The translations under genes and the position numbers were made by a program. The notes under the pieces were generated by a model that ran no database searches, was not told the origin of the DNA, and worked only from the letters and a program-made list of their open reading frames with translations. 32,000 nt of DNA from Delftia acidovorans NBRC 14950. GTDB lineage: Bacteria; Pseudomonadota; Gammaproteobacteria; Burkholderiales; Burkholderiaceae_C. Positions 15,989 to 25,865 of this stretch are shown here, one piece after another. The stretch is from positions 180,001 through 212,000 of the forward strand of contig NZ_BCZP01000011.1 of the NCBI RefSeq assembly GCF_001598795.1, in the 5' to 3' direction. Numbering within the stretch: the stretch's first letter is position 1; every line of letters begins with the position of its first letter.

Positions 15989-17215
15989 ATGGCGGCCGAG
16001 CACTCTTCGCTGCCACCCGCCCAGGACCATACAGCGGCCAGCCGCAAGGCGCCGCTGTGGCTGCTGGTGATCGTGACCATCGTCGGCACGCTGGCCATGC
16101 ACATGTTCCTGCCCGCCCTGCCCGATGCCGCACGCCAGCTCCAGGCCGGGGCCAGCCAGATGCAGCTGACCATCACGGTCTACATCCTGGGCCTGGGCGT
16201 GGGCCAGCTGATCTATGGCCCGCTGTCGGACAGCCTGGGTCGCCGCCCCATGCTGCTGGCCGGGCTCATCCTCTATGCGCTGGCCAGCCTGGCGGCCTTT
16301 CTCGCCCCGTCCGCCCCCTGGCTGATCGGCGCGCGGCTGCTCCAGGCGCTGGGCGGCTGCGCGGGCCTGGCCCTGGGCCGCGCCATTGCGCGCGATTCAA
16401 GCACGCCCGAGAACGCCGTGGGCAGCCTGGCGCTGCTCAACCTGATGATGATGATCGGCCCCGGCATCGCGCCGGCCATCGGCTCGGCCATCGACGACGC
16501 CCTGGGCTGGCGCGCCATCTTCGGCACGCTGGCCGTGGTCGGCGGCGTGACGGCCTTCGCCATCTGGAAGCTGCTGCCCGAAACCGGCCAGCCCACGGGC
16601 CGCCTGCACCTGGGCACCATCCGCGACGACTACCGCAGCCTGCTGCGCTCGCCTGCCTTCGTGGGCTTTGCCGTGGGCGGCGGCTGCGCCACCACATCCA
16701 TCTATGCCTTCCTGGCGGCCGCGCCCTTCGTCTTCATCGAGCAGCTGCATTCCACCAAGCATGAGGTGGCCATCTACCTGGGCCTGCTCATGGGCGGCAT
16801 GGCCGTGGGCAATGCGCTGGCCCGTCAGCTGATACGCCACTGGCCCCTGGAGCGGCTGATGCTCAACGGCAATCTGCTGAGCCTGGCCAGCGCGGCCATG
16901 CTGCTGTTGCTGGCCCTGTTCAACCAGCTCACGCCGGCCATCGTGGTGGGGCTGATGGTGCTGTTCGCGCTGGGCTCGGGCCTGACCAGTCCTGCGGCGC
17001 TGGCCAGCGCGCTGAGCGTGCATCCGCGCCTCACGGGCTCGGCCGCCGGGGTCTACGGCAGCACCCAGATGGCCGTGGGCGGCCTGTGCACGCTGGGCGC
17101 CAGCCTGGGCAGCAACCCGGCGCTGTCGGCAGCGCTGGCCCTGGTGGTGGCCTGCGTGCTGGGGCAACTGGGCTTTCGCAGCGCGCTGCGCCACGCGCAG
17201 CGGGCGCCCGGCTGA
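15989..17215 (+). CDS. MFS efflux transporter, Bcr/CflA drug-resistance subfamily
   Basis: Tail of ORF 15857..17215. The ATG at 15989 is 1 nt after the MarR stop. GPLSDSLGRRPMLLAG (MFS motif A), 12-TM-like hydrophobic profile. Confidence 0.88.
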   Translation: MAAEHSSLPPAQDHTAASRKAPLWLLVIVTIVGTLAMHMFLPALPDAARQLQAGASQMQLTITVYILGLGVGQLIYGPLSDSLGRRPMLLAGLILYALASLAAFLAPSAPWLIGARLLQALGGCAGLALGRAIARDSSTPENAVGSLALLNLMMMIGPGIAPAIGSAIDDALGWRAIFGTLAVVGGVTAFAIWKLLPETGQPTGRLHLGTIRDDYRSLLRSPAFVGFAVGGGCATTSIYAFLAAAPFVFIEQLHSTKHEVAIYLGLLMGGMAVGNALARQLIRHWPLERLMLNGNLLSLASAAMLLLLALFNQLTPAIVVGLMVLFALGSGLTSPAALASALSVHPRLTGSAAGVYGSTQMAVGGLCTLGASLGSNPALSAALALVVACVLGQLGFRSALRHAQRAPG

Positions 17216-17361
17216 GGGGCGCCCCGGCGAGGGCCTCCCCGGCTGAGGGCCACAGTCCCCCAGGCGACGCTCCGGCCGCATGCGGGCCCGAGGCGCACAG
17301 GCCCTCGATTACATTGGCGCAGCCGTGGCCAGCCGCCACGGCCCACAGGAGACAAAAAACC

Positions 17362-18261
17362 ATGCGCCAACTTTCCTTTTCCATCGTCCTGCGCCAGGCC
17401 GCCACCGGCACGCTGGCAGCCGCCGCGCTGCTGGCCGGCACAGCCGCCCAGGCCGGCTCCATCGAGGCCGCCGAGTTCAAGAGCGCCACGCTGCAGCGCA
17501 GCTGGGCCTACAACGTCTACCTGCCCACGGGCTACGACGCCCAGTCCAGGCTGCGCTATCCCGTCATGTACCTGCTGCACGGCAATGACGGCCAGCGCAA
17601 TGACTGGCCCGTCAAGGGCAATCTGCTGCGCACGGTGGACCAGCTGATCCAGAACGGGGAGATCCCGCCCGCCATCATCGTCATGCCCGACGCGGGAACG
17701 ACCTGGTACGTGGACCTCAAGGAGCCCATGGAGACGGCCTTCTTCCAGGACCTCCTCCCCCATGTCGAGAAGAAGTACCGCACCCTCACCAGCCGCGATG
17801 GCCGCGTGATCGGCGGCCTGTCCATGGGCGGCTATGGCGCGCTGCGCTACGTGCTCAAGTACCCCGAGAAATTCCAGGCCGCCGCCCTGCTGAGCCCCGC
17901 CATCTACAACCCCGAGCCGCCCGCCGATTCCTCGGCACGCTCGGTCAAGGTCTTTGCCGAACCCAACACGGGCGGCCAGTACAGCACCACGGTCTGGAAG
18001 AGCTACAACTACCCTGTGCTGTGGGACAGCTTTCTCGCCCGCAAGATCAGCGTGCCCATGTACATCAACTCGGGCGACGACGATGAATTCATGATCGAGT
18101 CCGACGCCGCCCAGCTCTACGCCCAGCTGCGCAGGAACAAGCAGCCTGCCGAGCTGCGCATCGTCAACGGCAAGCATGAATGGCCGGTCTGGGAAAGCAC
18201 CATCGGCGACGCGCTCAAGTACGTGTTCCGCACCGTGCGCCGCCCGCAGGCGGACAACTGA
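17362..18261 (+). CDS. Secreted alpha/beta-hydrolase, 'putative esterase' (esterase D / enterochelin esterase-like) family
   Basis: Tail of ORF 17086..18261, with the ATG at 17362 after AGGAGA (17347-17352). Signal peptide ...LLAGTAAQAGS. YPVMYLLHG and the nucleophile elbow GLSMGG. Confidence 0.85.
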   Translation: MRQLSFSIVLRQAATGTLAAAALLAGTAAQAGSIEAAEFKSATLQRSWAYNVYLPTGYDAQSRLRYPVMYLLHGNDGQRNDWPVKGNLLRTVDQLIQNGEIPPAIIVMPDAGTTWYVDLKEPMETAFFQDLLPHVEKKYRTLTSRDGRVIGGLSMGGYGALRYVLKYPEKFQAAALLSPAIYNPEPPADSSARSVKVFAEPNTGGQYSTTVWKSYNYPVLWDSFLARKISVPMYINSGDDDEFMIESDAAQLYAQLRRNKQPAELRIVNGKHEWPVWESTIGDALKYVFRTVRRPQADN

Positions 18262-18276
18262 GCCAGGCCATGAAGC

Positions 18277-18308
18277 AAAAAAAGGGGAGCCGGCCGGCTC
18301 CCCTTTTT
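18277..18308. terminator. Bidirectional rho-independent terminator between the esterase gene and fumC
   Basis: AAAAAAA-GGGGAGC-CGGCCG-GCTCCCC-TTTTT. Confidence 0.85.
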
Positions 18309-18325
18309 GATTGCATCAGCAGGTC

Positions 18326-19717
18326 TTACAGATTGCCGACCATCTTGGCAGGGATCACCCAGGCGTCGAACTGTTCGCCGGTCAGGTGGCCGGAAGCCAC
18401 GGCGGCTTCACGCAGGCTGGAGCCTTCCTTGTGCGCCTTCTTGGCGATGTAGGCCGCCTTGTCGTAGCCGATGTGCGGGTTCAGCGCCGTCACCAGCATC
18501 AGCGAGCGCTGCACCAGCTCGGTGATGCGCTCGCGGTTGGGCTCGATGCCCACGGCGCAGTGGTCGTTGAAGCTCTTCATGCCATCGGCCAGCAGGCGCA
18601 CGCTCTGCAGGAAGTTGTGCGAGACCATGGGGCGGAACACGTTCAGCTCGAAGTTGCCCGAGGCGCCGCCGAAGTTGATGGCCACGTCGTTGCCGAAGAC
18701 CTGGGCCGCCAGCATGGTCACGGCTTCGCTCTGCGTGGGATTGACCTTGCCGGGCATGATGGACGAGCCGGGCTCGTTCTCGGGGATGGAGATCTCGCCC
18801 AGGCCGCTGCGCGGGCCCGAGGCCAGCCAGCGCACGTCGTTGGCGATCTTCATCATGCTGGCGGCCAGCGTCTTGAGCGCGCCGTGGGCGTGGACCAGGC
18901 CGTCGCACGAGGCCAGGGCCTCGAACTTGCTGGGCGCCGTCACGAACGGGTAGCCGGTGAGCTGGGACAGCTCGGCCGCCACGCCCTCGGCATAGCCCTT
19001 GGGCGCATTCAGGCCCGTGCCCACGGCCGTGCCGCCCAGCGCCAGCTCGTACAGGTGCGGCAGCGCGGCGCGCACATGCTTTTCGCCATGGGCCAGCTGG
19101 GCTACCCAGCCCGAGATTTCCTGGCCCAGCGTCAGCGGCGTGGCGTCCTGCAGATGGGTGCGGCCGATCTTGACGATGTCGGCATAGGCCTCGCTCTTGG
19201 CCTGCAGCGTATTGCGCAGCAGGGCAATGGCGGGCAGCAGCTTTTGCTCGATGGCCGTGACGGCAGCCACGTGCATGGCCGTCGGAAACACGTCGTTGCT
19301 CGACTGGCTCTTGTTCACATCGTCATTGGGGTGGACCAGGCGCGACTCGCCGCGCTCGCCACCGAGGATTTCGCTGGCGCGGTTGGCCAGCACCTCGTTG
19401 ACGTTCATGTTGGTCTGCGTGCCCGAGCCGGTCTGCCAGACCACCAGCGGGAACTCGTCCGGGTGCTTGCCGGCGATCACCTCGTCGGCGGCGGCCAGGA
19501 TGGCCTGGGTCTTCTTCTCGTCCAGCAGGCCCAGCTTGTGGTTGACGGTGGCCGAGGCCTTCTTGACCTGGGCCAGCGCGTGGATGATCTCGCGCGGCTG
19601 CTGCTCTCCGCTGATGTCGAAGTTCTGCAGCGAACGCTGCGTCTGCGCACCCCAGAGCTTGTCTGCGGGGACGGCTATGGGTCCGAAAGTGTCTTTTTCC
19701 TGGCGGGTCGCGGTCAT
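18326..19717 (-). CDS. fumC: Fumarate hydratase, class II
   Basis: ORF 18326..19954, trimmed to the ATG at 19717 ([29 protein letters not shown]) after AAGGAG. Signature [16 protein letters not shown]. Confidence 0.95.
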   Translation of the reverse strand: MTATRQEKDTFGPIAVPADKLWGAQTQRSLQNFDISGEQQPREIIHALAQVKKASATVNHKLGLLDEKKTQAILAAADEVIAGKHPDEFPLVVWQTGSGTQTNMNVNEVLANRASEILGGERGESRLVHPNDDVNKSQSSNDVFPTAMHVAAVTAIEQKLLPAIALLRNTLQAKSEAYADIVKIGRTHLQDATPLTLGQEISGWVAQLAHGEKHVRAALPHLYELALGGTAVGTGLNAPKGYAEGVAAELSQLTGYPFVTAPSKFEALASCDGLVHAHGALKTLAASMMKIANDVRWLASGPRSGLGEISIPENEPGSSIMPGKVNPTQSEAVTMLAAQVFGNDVAINFGGASGNFELNVFRPMVSHNFLQSVRLLADGMKSFNDHCAVGIEPNRERITELVQRSLMLVTALNPHIGYDKAAYIAKKAHKEGSSLREAAVASGHLTGEQFDAWVIPAKMVGNL

Positions 19718-20030
19718 TGGTATGGACTCCTTGGTGAAAACAACGCGGCGCAGTTGGCTGGAGGCAGGTCGGCGGGCCGCGCAGGACGTGGCTCGGGGAT
19801 ATCTGGCTGGCAGGGCCGCAATGGCAAAAACCCGCTCATGGTAACTCCGTAAATGGGAACCTCTCGCATCCGTCCCCCACTGAGGTGTCGCCGAGGCGGG
19901 CTTGTCCAGGCAAACCCCTTGACTCTTGTACAAGACTGCGCCCATTGCGTGCACTTTTCCCCCTGCAGCGCCGATAATCGCCCCCGGGATTCCCCTCCCC
20001 TGTTCCCCCGATCAAAAAGACACCCCACCG

Positions 20031-21584
20031 ATGACCACCACGATCCGCCAGCAGGACCTGATCGATTCGATCGCAGGCGCCCTGCAGTACATCAGCTACT
20101 ACCACCCCGCCGACTACATCGCCCACCTGGCCCGCGCCTACGAACGCGAGCAGAGCCCGGCGGCCAAGGACGCGATGGCCCAGATCCTGACCAACTCCAA
20201 GATGTCGGCCACCGGCCACCGCCCGATCTGCCAGGACACCGGCATCGTCAACGTGTTCCTGAAGGTGGGCATGGACGTGCGCTGGGAAGGCTTCACGGGC
20301 GGCCTGGAAGACGCCATCAACGAAGGCGTACGCCGCGGCTACAACCACCCCGAGAACACGCTGCGTGCCTCGGTCGTCGCCGATCCGCTGTTCGCGCGCA
20401 AGAACACCAAGGACAACACGCCTGCCGTCATCAACGTGCAGATCGTGCCCGGCGACAAGCTGGACGTGACCGTGGCCGCCAAGGGCGGCGGCTCGGAGAA
20501 CAAGTCCAAGATGATCATGATGAACCCCAGCGACAACCTGGTGGACTGGGTGCTCAAGACCGTTCCGACCATGGGCGCGGGCTGGTGCCCGCCGGGCATG
20601 CTGGGCATCGGCATCGGCGGCACCGCCGAGAAGGCCGTGCTGCTGGCCAAGGAAAGCCTGATGGAAGACCTGGACATGTACGAGCTGCAGGCCAAGGCCG
20701 CGCGCGGAGAAAAGCTCGACCAGGTCGAGGAACTGCGCCTGGAGCTGTACGAGAAGGTCAACGCCCTGGGCATCGGCGCGCAAGGCCTGGGCGGCCTGGC
20801 CACCGTGCTGGACATCAAGATCAAGATGTACCCCACGCACGCGGCCTCCAAGCCCGTGGCCATGATCCCCAACTGCGCGGCCACGCGCCACGCGCACTTC
20901 GTGATGGACGGCTCCGGCGCGGTCTACATGGACGCACCCTCGCTGGACCTGTGGCCCAAGATCGACTGGGAGCCTGACTACAACAAGTCGCGCCGCGTGG
21001 ACCTCAACGCCCTGACCAAGGAAGAAGTGGCCAGCTGGAAGCCCGGCGACACCCTGCTGCTCAACGGCAAGATGCTCACGGGCCGCGATGCCGCCCACAA
21101 GCGCATCCAGGACATGCTGGCCAAGGGCGAGAAGCTGCCCGTGGACTTCACCAACCGCGTGATCTACTACGTCGGCCCGGTGGACCCGGTCAAGGACGAA
21201 GCCGTGGGCCCCGCAGGCCCGACCACGGCCACCCGCATGGACAAGTTCACCGACATGATGCTGGAGCAGACCGGCCTGATCGCCATGATCGGCAAGGCCG
21301 AGCGCGGCCCGGTGGCCATCGAGTCCATCAAGAACCACAAGTCGGCCTACCTGATGGCCGTGGGCGGCGCCGCCTACCTGGTGTCCAAGGCCATCAAGAA
21401 CGCCAAGGTCGTGGGCTTCGAGGACCTGGGCATGGAAGCCATCTACGAATTCGACGTGGTGGACATGCCCGTGACCGTGGCCGTGGATGCCGGCGGCACC
21501 AGCGCCCACATCACAGGCCCTGCCGAATGGCAAAAGCGCATTGCATCCGGCGAGTTCAAGACCATTGAGATCGCTTCGGCCTGA
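20031..21584 (+). CDS. Fumarate hydratase, class I (Fe-S dependent, fused alpha/beta type)
   Basis: Tail of ORF 19926..21584 from the ATG at 20031. The motifs HRPICQDTGIVNVF and AAKGGGSENKSK, and the C-terminal beta-domain region GKMLTGRDAAHKR...IGKAERG, are typical of class I fumarase/tartrate dehydratase proteins. Confidence 0.92.
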   Translation: MTTTIRQQDLIDSIAGALQYISYYHPADYIAHLARAYEREQSPAAKDAMAQILTNSKMSATGHRPICQDTGIVNVFLKVGMDVRWEGFTGGLEDAINEGVRRGYNHPENTLRASVVADPLFARKNTKDNTPAVINVQIVPGDKLDVTVAAKGGGSENKSKMIMMNPSDNLVDWVLKTVPTMGAGWCPPGMLGIGIGGTAEKAVLLAKESLMEDLDMYELQAKAARGEKLDQVEELRLELYEKVNALGIGAQGLGGLATVLDIKIKMYPTHAASKPVAMIPNCAATRHAHFVMDGSGAVYMDAPSLDLWPKIDWEPDYNKSRRVDLNALTKEEVASWKPGDTLLLNGKMLTGRDAAHKRIQDMLAKGEKLPVDFTNRVIYYVGPVDPVKDEAVGPAGPTTATRMDKFTDMMLEQTGLIAMIGKAERGPVAIESIKNHKSAYLMAVGGAAYLVSKAIKNAKVVGFEDLGMEAIYEFDVVDMPVTVAVDAGGTSAHITGPAEWQKRIASGEFKTIEIASA

Positions 21585-21602
21585 AGCCGGCACCAAGCGC
21601 AA

Positions 21603-21628
21603 AGGGACCGCCTTCGGGCGGTCTTTTC
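21603..21628 (+). terminator. Rho-independent terminator after the class I fumarase gene
   Basis: GACCGCC-TTCG-GGCGGTC followed by TTTT (21606-21627). Confidence 0.75.
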
Positions 21629-21684
21629 ATTGGTGCGGGCATTTGTGACAGACTGCCCGCTGCCTGCAACACAGCCCATTCAAC

Positions 21685-22317
21685 ATGACCATCGCGCTCG
21701 TCCTCATCGCCCTGCTGGCCGTGACCAGCCTGGCCTGGCGCCTGTCCTCCCGCCGCCATGTCCTGCCCTGCCCGTCCTGGCTGCGCTGGATGGTCGAGCT
21801 TGACAACCCCTTCGCGGCCAGCAACAAGGCCGCCTTCATCGTCGGGCAACTGCAGATCCAGCCGGGCATGAAGGTGCTGGACGCGGGCTGCGGCCCGGGC
21901 CGCGTCACCCTGCCATTGGCGCGTGCCGTTGGCCCGCAGGGACAGGTGCTGGCCGTGGACCTGCAGCCGGCCATGCTTGAACAGGTGGCGGCCAAGGCGC
22001 GCGCCCAGGGGCTGGAGAATGTGCGCACCCAGGCGGCTGCGCTGGGCCAGGGGCAGCTTGAAGCACAGCAGCACGACCGCGCCGTGATGGCCGCCGTGCT
22101 GGGAGAGATTCCGGACCGCCAGGCCGCGCTGGCCGATATCTTCCAGAGCCTGCGCCCCGGCGGCCTGCTGGCCGTGGCCGAGCTGGTCTTCGACCCGCAT
22201 TTCCAGCGCCGCACCAGCGTGGAAAAGCTGGCAGGTGAGGCAGGCTTCATCCCCCACTCCTTCCACGGCCATGCAGCCGCGTATCTGCTGGTACTGCAGC
22301 GCCCTCTCCAACCATGA
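21685..22317 (+). CDS. Class I SAM-dependent methyltransferase with an N-terminal membrane anchor
   Basis: Hydrophobic N-terminus MTIALVLIALLAVTSLAW. SAM motif I VLDAGCGPG. LRPGGLLAV post-I region. Confidence 0.85.
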   Translation: MTIALVLIALLAVTSLAWRLSSRRHVLPCPSWLRWMVELDNPFAASNKAAFIVGQLQIQPGMKVLDAGCGPGRVTLPLARAVGPQGQVLAVDLQPAMLEQVAAKARAQGLENVRTQAAALGQGQLEAQQHDRAVMAAVLGEIPDRQAALADIFQSLRPGGLLAVAELVFDPHFQRRTSVEKLAGEAGFIPHSFHGHAAAYLLVLQRPLQP

Positions 22318-22901
22318 CCACCACACATTCCCCTGTAGCGACCCTGCGGACACCGCGCCTGGTACTGCGCCAGTGGCAGGCTGGCGACCGACAGCCCTTT
22401 GCCGCGCTGAATGCCGACCCACAGGTCATGGAGCACTTTCCGGCACTGCTCAGCCGTGAACAAAGCGATGCCATGGCAGACAGGATCCAGGCACTGATCG
22501 AGGAACGCGGCTGGGGCTTCTGGGCGGCAGAGCACCTTGCCAGCGGCGAGTTCATGGGCTTCATCGGGCTGCATACTCCCGCCGCGTCTTTGCCGTTCTC
22601 GCCCTGCGTGGAAATCGGCTGGCGGCTCGCCCGGCCTTTCTGGGGCCAGGGCCTGGCCAGCGAAGGTGCACGGGCGGCGCTGGAGCACGGCTTCGGCGCG
22701 TTGCATCTGGAGTCCATCGTCTCGTTCACCGCGCTGTCCAACCTGCGTTCGCAAGCGGTGATGCAGCGCCTGGGCATGGAGCGCGACGCCCATGACTTCG
22801 ACCATCCGCAGGTGCCGGCAGGCCATGCGCTGCGCAGGCATTGCCTGTATCGCCTGACACATGCCCGATGGCTGCAGCAGCAAGCCATGGCCCAAGCATG
22901 A
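22314..22901 (+). CDS. GNAT-family N-acetyltransferase (RimJ/RimL-like)
   Basis: The ATG overlaps the methyltransferase stop (ATGA). TPRLVLRQW...IGWRLARPFWGQGLASEGARAAL is the typical acetyl-CoA-binding core. Confidence 0.85.
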   Translation: MTTTHSPVATLRTPRLVLRQWQAGDRQPFAALNADPQVMEHFPALLSREQSDAMADRIQALIEERGWGFWAAEHLASGEFMGFIGLHTPAASLPFSPCVEIGWRLARPFWGQGLASEGARAALEHGFGALHLESIVSFTALSNLRSQAVMQRLGMERDAHDFDHPQVPAGHALRRHCLYRLTHARWLQQQAMAQA

Positions 22902-22959
22902 ACGCGCCCGAGCGGGCATACTGGGCGCCGCCTCCAAAAGCCTTTATCCGCATCTCCAC

Positions 22960-23850
22960 ATGACCTCCCCGGCCTCTCCCATCGGCGTCTTCGACAGCGG
23001 CATCGGCGGCCTCAGCGTGCTGCAGGCGCTGCGCCATGAACTGCCGCATGAGCGCTTCGTCTACCTGGCCGACAGCGGCAATGCACCCTATGGCGATGCG
23101 CGTGGCGATGCCTTCGTTCAGCAGCGCACGCGCACCATTGCGCGCCATCTGCGCGAGCAGCACCAGATCAAGGTGCTGGTGATCGCCTGCAACACAGCCA
23201 CGGCAGCGGCCGTGGACATGCTGCGCGCCGAAATGCCCGAACTGCCCCTGATCGGCGTGGAGCCCGCCATCAAGCCCGCTTCGCTGTCGAGCCAGACCGG
23301 CCATGTGGGCGTGATGGCCACACGCGGCACGGTGAGCAGCGCACGCTTTGCACGCCTGGTGGCCGACCATGGCCAGCGCGTGCAATTCCATGTCCAGCCC
23401 TGCGACGGACTGGCCAAGGCCATCGAGGAAAGCACGGAGCAACCCGTTCCCGCCGACCCCATGGCCACCGAGGTCGCGCAACTGTGCGCCAGGTACGTGA
23501 ATGCCCTGGGCAGCTTCGGACAAAAGACGGGTGAGATGGATTCCCTGGTGCTGGGCTGCACCCACTACATATTCGCCCGCGAGCAGTTGCGCACGCTGCT
23601 GGGGCCGGACATCCAGTTCATCGACACAGGTGCCCCGGTAGCCCGCCAGACGCGGCGCGTGCTGGATCGCCTGGGCACCCTGGCCAGCGAATCAGGACCC
23701 TTGCCCGCGGCAGAGGGCCAGGTCCAGTTGATGACCACGGGATCGCTGCAGGCCCTGCAGTCCGCCGCATCGCGCTGGCTGGAGCTGCCCGCGCAATGCT
23801 GCTCGTCCGTTCAGGTCGGCGAATCCAGCGCTGTCCCCACGGCCGCTTGA
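22960..23850 (+). CDS. murI: Glutamate racemase
   Basis: ORF 22861..23850, trimmed to the ATG at 22960 (MTSPASPIGVFDSGIGGLSV). Catalytic motifs IACNTA and LGCTHY. Confidence 0.92.
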   Translation: MTSPASPIGVFDSGIGGLSVLQALRHELPHERFVYLADSGNAPYGDARGDAFVQQRTRTIARHLREQHQIKVLVIACNTATAAAVDMLRAEMPELPLIGVEPAIKPASLSSQTGHVGVMATRGTVSSARFARLVADHGQRVQFHVQPCDGLAKAIEESTEQPVPADPMATEVAQLCARYVNALGSFGQKTGEMDSLVLGCTHYIFAREQLRTLLGPDIQFIDTGAPVARQTRRVLDRLGTLASESGPLPAAEGQVQLMTTGSLQALQSAASRWLELPAQCCSSVQVGESSAVPTAA

Positions 23851-23851
23851 A

Positions 23852-24463
23852 TCAGGGCTGCGCCAGCCACAGGCGCCGGCCCGAGTGGTCCATCCAGCTC
23901 AGGTACAGGCGCAGCTCGAACTCCAGCTGGTGGTAGTCGGGCTCCATGTGGGTGCACAGCTGGTAGAAGGCCTTGTCGTGGTCGGGCTCGCGCAGATGGG
24001 CCAGCTCGTGGACGACGATCATGCGCAAGAAAGCCTCGGGCGCCTGCTTGAACAGTGCGCCGATGCGGATCTCATGCCGTGCATTGAGGCGGCTTCCCTG
24101 CACCACGGTGCGGCGCGTGTGCAGGCCCAGGGCGTTGTGGACCACATGGATGCGGCCGTCGTAGGCCACCTTGTTCAGCGTGCCGGCATTGCGCATGTGC
24201 CGGCCCTTGAGGGCATCCACGTAGTCATAGAGGCTCTTGTCCGTGCGCACGGCATGGGCCTCGGGATGCTTGCGCAGCAGCCAGGCCTCGGCCTTGTCAT
24301 CGGCCAGCCAGCCACGCACCTGTAACTGCAGCGCGGCGGGGTAGGCGGACAGGTAGGGAAGCGGCAGCGCGCCACCGGCCACCTCGCGCCGCTGCTCGCG
24401 CTGGCGGCGCACGGTCTCGGTGACTGCTCCGGAATACTTGGGCGTGCTGGCCTGTGCCGCCAT
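23852..24463 (-). CDS. YgjP-like (DUF45 / M48-related) metal-dependent hydrolase
   Basis: ORF 23852..24868, trimmed to the ATG at 24463; the region upstream of it is Arg/Gly-rich shadow-like sequence. HEXXH in MIVVHELAHLREPDHDKAF. Its stop is 1 nt from the murI stop. The exact start is uncertain. Confidence 0.75.
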   Translation of the reverse strand: MAAQASTPKYSGAVTETVRRQREQRREVAGGALPLPYLSAYPAALQLQVRGWLADDKAEAWLLRKHPEAHAVRTDKSLYDYVDALKGRHMRNAGTLNKVAYDGRIHVVHNALGLHTRRTVVQGSRLNARHEIRIGALFKQAPEAFLRMIVVHELAHLREPDHDKAFYQLCTHMEPDYHQLEFELRLYLSWMDHSGRRLWLAQP

Positions 24464-24495
24464 GGCTGTACGCTGCGCGGGGCAGCGCCTTGCGC

Positions 24496-25122
24496 TCAAT
24501 GCAGGTGGCGTGGGCGGCGGTTGCCGCCGTGGCCCGAACCCGATCCACCCATGCCGCGCGGCGGCTTGCCGATCTCCAGCGAGCTGACCAGGGCGTCGAA
24601 GCGCTGGGAGAACAGCTTGTCGATCTCCTGCACCACGCCACCCAGCTCGGAGCCGTCGAAATGGCGCTCCATCAGGTTGACCACGTCCTGCACCAGCAGA
24701 TCGCGCTGCACCTGCATGATGGCCGCGGGCGTCGGACCAACGAAGAGCATGACGAAGTCGTCGCGCGACTCGGCCTCTTCGGACTCTTCTTCCTCGTCGA
24801 ACTCGGTGTCGTAGAAGGTCACCTCGATGGCCGCGCCCTGCTCGGCCAGCTCGTTGATGCCCATGCACATGTCGTCCAGCGACTGGCGGAAATCCTCGTC
24901 ACCACGCACGGTCCAGCACACCTGGAGCAGGCGCTCCTTGGTATCGAACTGGATGCCTGGCTCTTCCTCATAGACGCTGCCAGCGCCATCGGCCAGGGAA
25001 CGGGCCCCCGCATACTTCCACAGCGGACCCAGCGCTTCCTGCAACTGCTCGTAGGTCGTGTCGGGGCGCAGCAGCACTTGGCCGTGCACGTGGATTTCAA
25101 ATGGAGCGTTGTAATTCGACAT
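24496..25122 (-). CDS. Uncharacterised acidic protein with a Gly/Arg-rich basic C-terminal tail
   Basis: ORF 24496..25293, trimmed to the ATG at 25122 (MSNYNAPFEIHVHG...). The upstream extension has many A/T-ending codons, unlike the body. Acidic run EFDEEEESEEAESRDD and tail GKPPRGMGGSGSGHGGNRRPRHLH. No family recognised. Confidence 0.65.
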   Translation of the reverse strand: MSNYNAPFEIHVHGQVLLRPDTTYEQLQEALGPLWKYAGARSLADGAGSVYEEEPGIQFDTKERLLQVCWTVRGDEDFRQSLDDMCMGINELAEQGAAIEVTFYDTEFDEEEESEEAESRDDFVMLFVGPTPAAIMQVQRDLLVQDVVNLMERHFDGSELGGVVQEIDKLFSQRFDALVSSLEIGKPPRGMGGSGSGHGGNRRPRHLH

Positions 25123-25451
25123 GTTCTCGTCTGGGATGAGTTTGGCCACACCTGTCACGCCGCACCATGTGCCACGATCAACGTCAACGGAACGCATGCA
25201 GGCATCGCCATCACTGTCTGCCCGAGCCGCGCCATCCAGGCAAGCAGCCCGGGGCCTGATGAATGGATTCTCGCACGTTATGCCAACGGGCAAGGACTTG
25301 GCAACGCATGGACACCGTGCAGCGCAGCAAGCGGGCAGGACCGTCGATGCACATTGCGGCCCGACGCCTGAATTTGCGGAACAGCAGGCGCCTTGGCTGC
25401 TTCAATCCGCTACCGTATAGATAGCAACAATGCTTAGTACGTATTGGGTTG

Positions 25452-25542
25452 TGGTGCCCCGAGCCGGGATCGAACCGGCACGCCCCTGTTCGGAAGCGGC
25501 GGATTTTAAGTCCGCAGTGTCTACCAATTTCACCATCGGGGC
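25452..25542 (-). tRNA. tRNA-Leu (anticodon UAA), long variable arm, encoded CCA
   Basis: Minus-strand read: GCCCCGA TG GTG-AAATTGGTAGA-CAC T GCGGA CTTAAAA TCCGC (19-nt variable arm) GCCGG TTCGATC CCGGC TCGGGGC A CCA. All four stems pair. Confidence 0.93.
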
Positions 25543-25603
25543 CCTGCACCGCAGCGTCACAGGTCAGCGCGAACTGCTCACACCTGCAACTGCAGCACCA
25601 ACG

Positions 25604-25634
25604 AAAAAGGGAAGCGTTACCGCTTCCCTTTTTT
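25604..25634. terminator. Bidirectional hairpin terminator between tRNA-Gly copy 1 and tRNA-Leu
   Basis: AAAAA-GGGAAGCG-TTAC-CGCTTCCC-TTTTTT. Confidence 0.7.
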
Positions 25635-25640
25635 CTGAAT

Positions 25641-25716
25641 TGGAGCGGGAAAACGGGTTCGAACCGTCGACCTCAACCTTGGCAAGGTTGCGCTCTACCA
25701 ACTGAGCTATTCCCGC
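25641..25716 (-). tRNA. tRNA-Gly (anticodon GCC), copy 1
   Basis: Minus-strand read: GCGGGAATAGCTCAGTTGGTAGAGCGCAACCTTGCCAAGGTTGAGGTCGACGGTTCGAACCCGTTTTCCCGCTCCA. Near-identical to E. coli tRNA-Gly(GCC). Confidence 0.96.
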
Positions 25717-25865
25717 GTATCTGTAAAGCTGTGCGCTTTACAGAGCAGACTTGAATTCTAGCGCAGATTTTTGGTGCTTCGGAAGAAGCCCGTAAAAAAT
25801 CTGCACCAAGGCAGATCACAGCCTGCCTTGCACCTTGCGGCGGCAGGCTGCTTCACCGTCGAAGC

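Noticed and set aside
19919-19975. Specific sigma70 promoter assignment for the class I fumarase gene (TTGACT at 19919, GATAAT near 19970).
   Set aside because: The two hexamers are not at a compatible spacing and neither has a convincing partner, so only the palindrome is reported.
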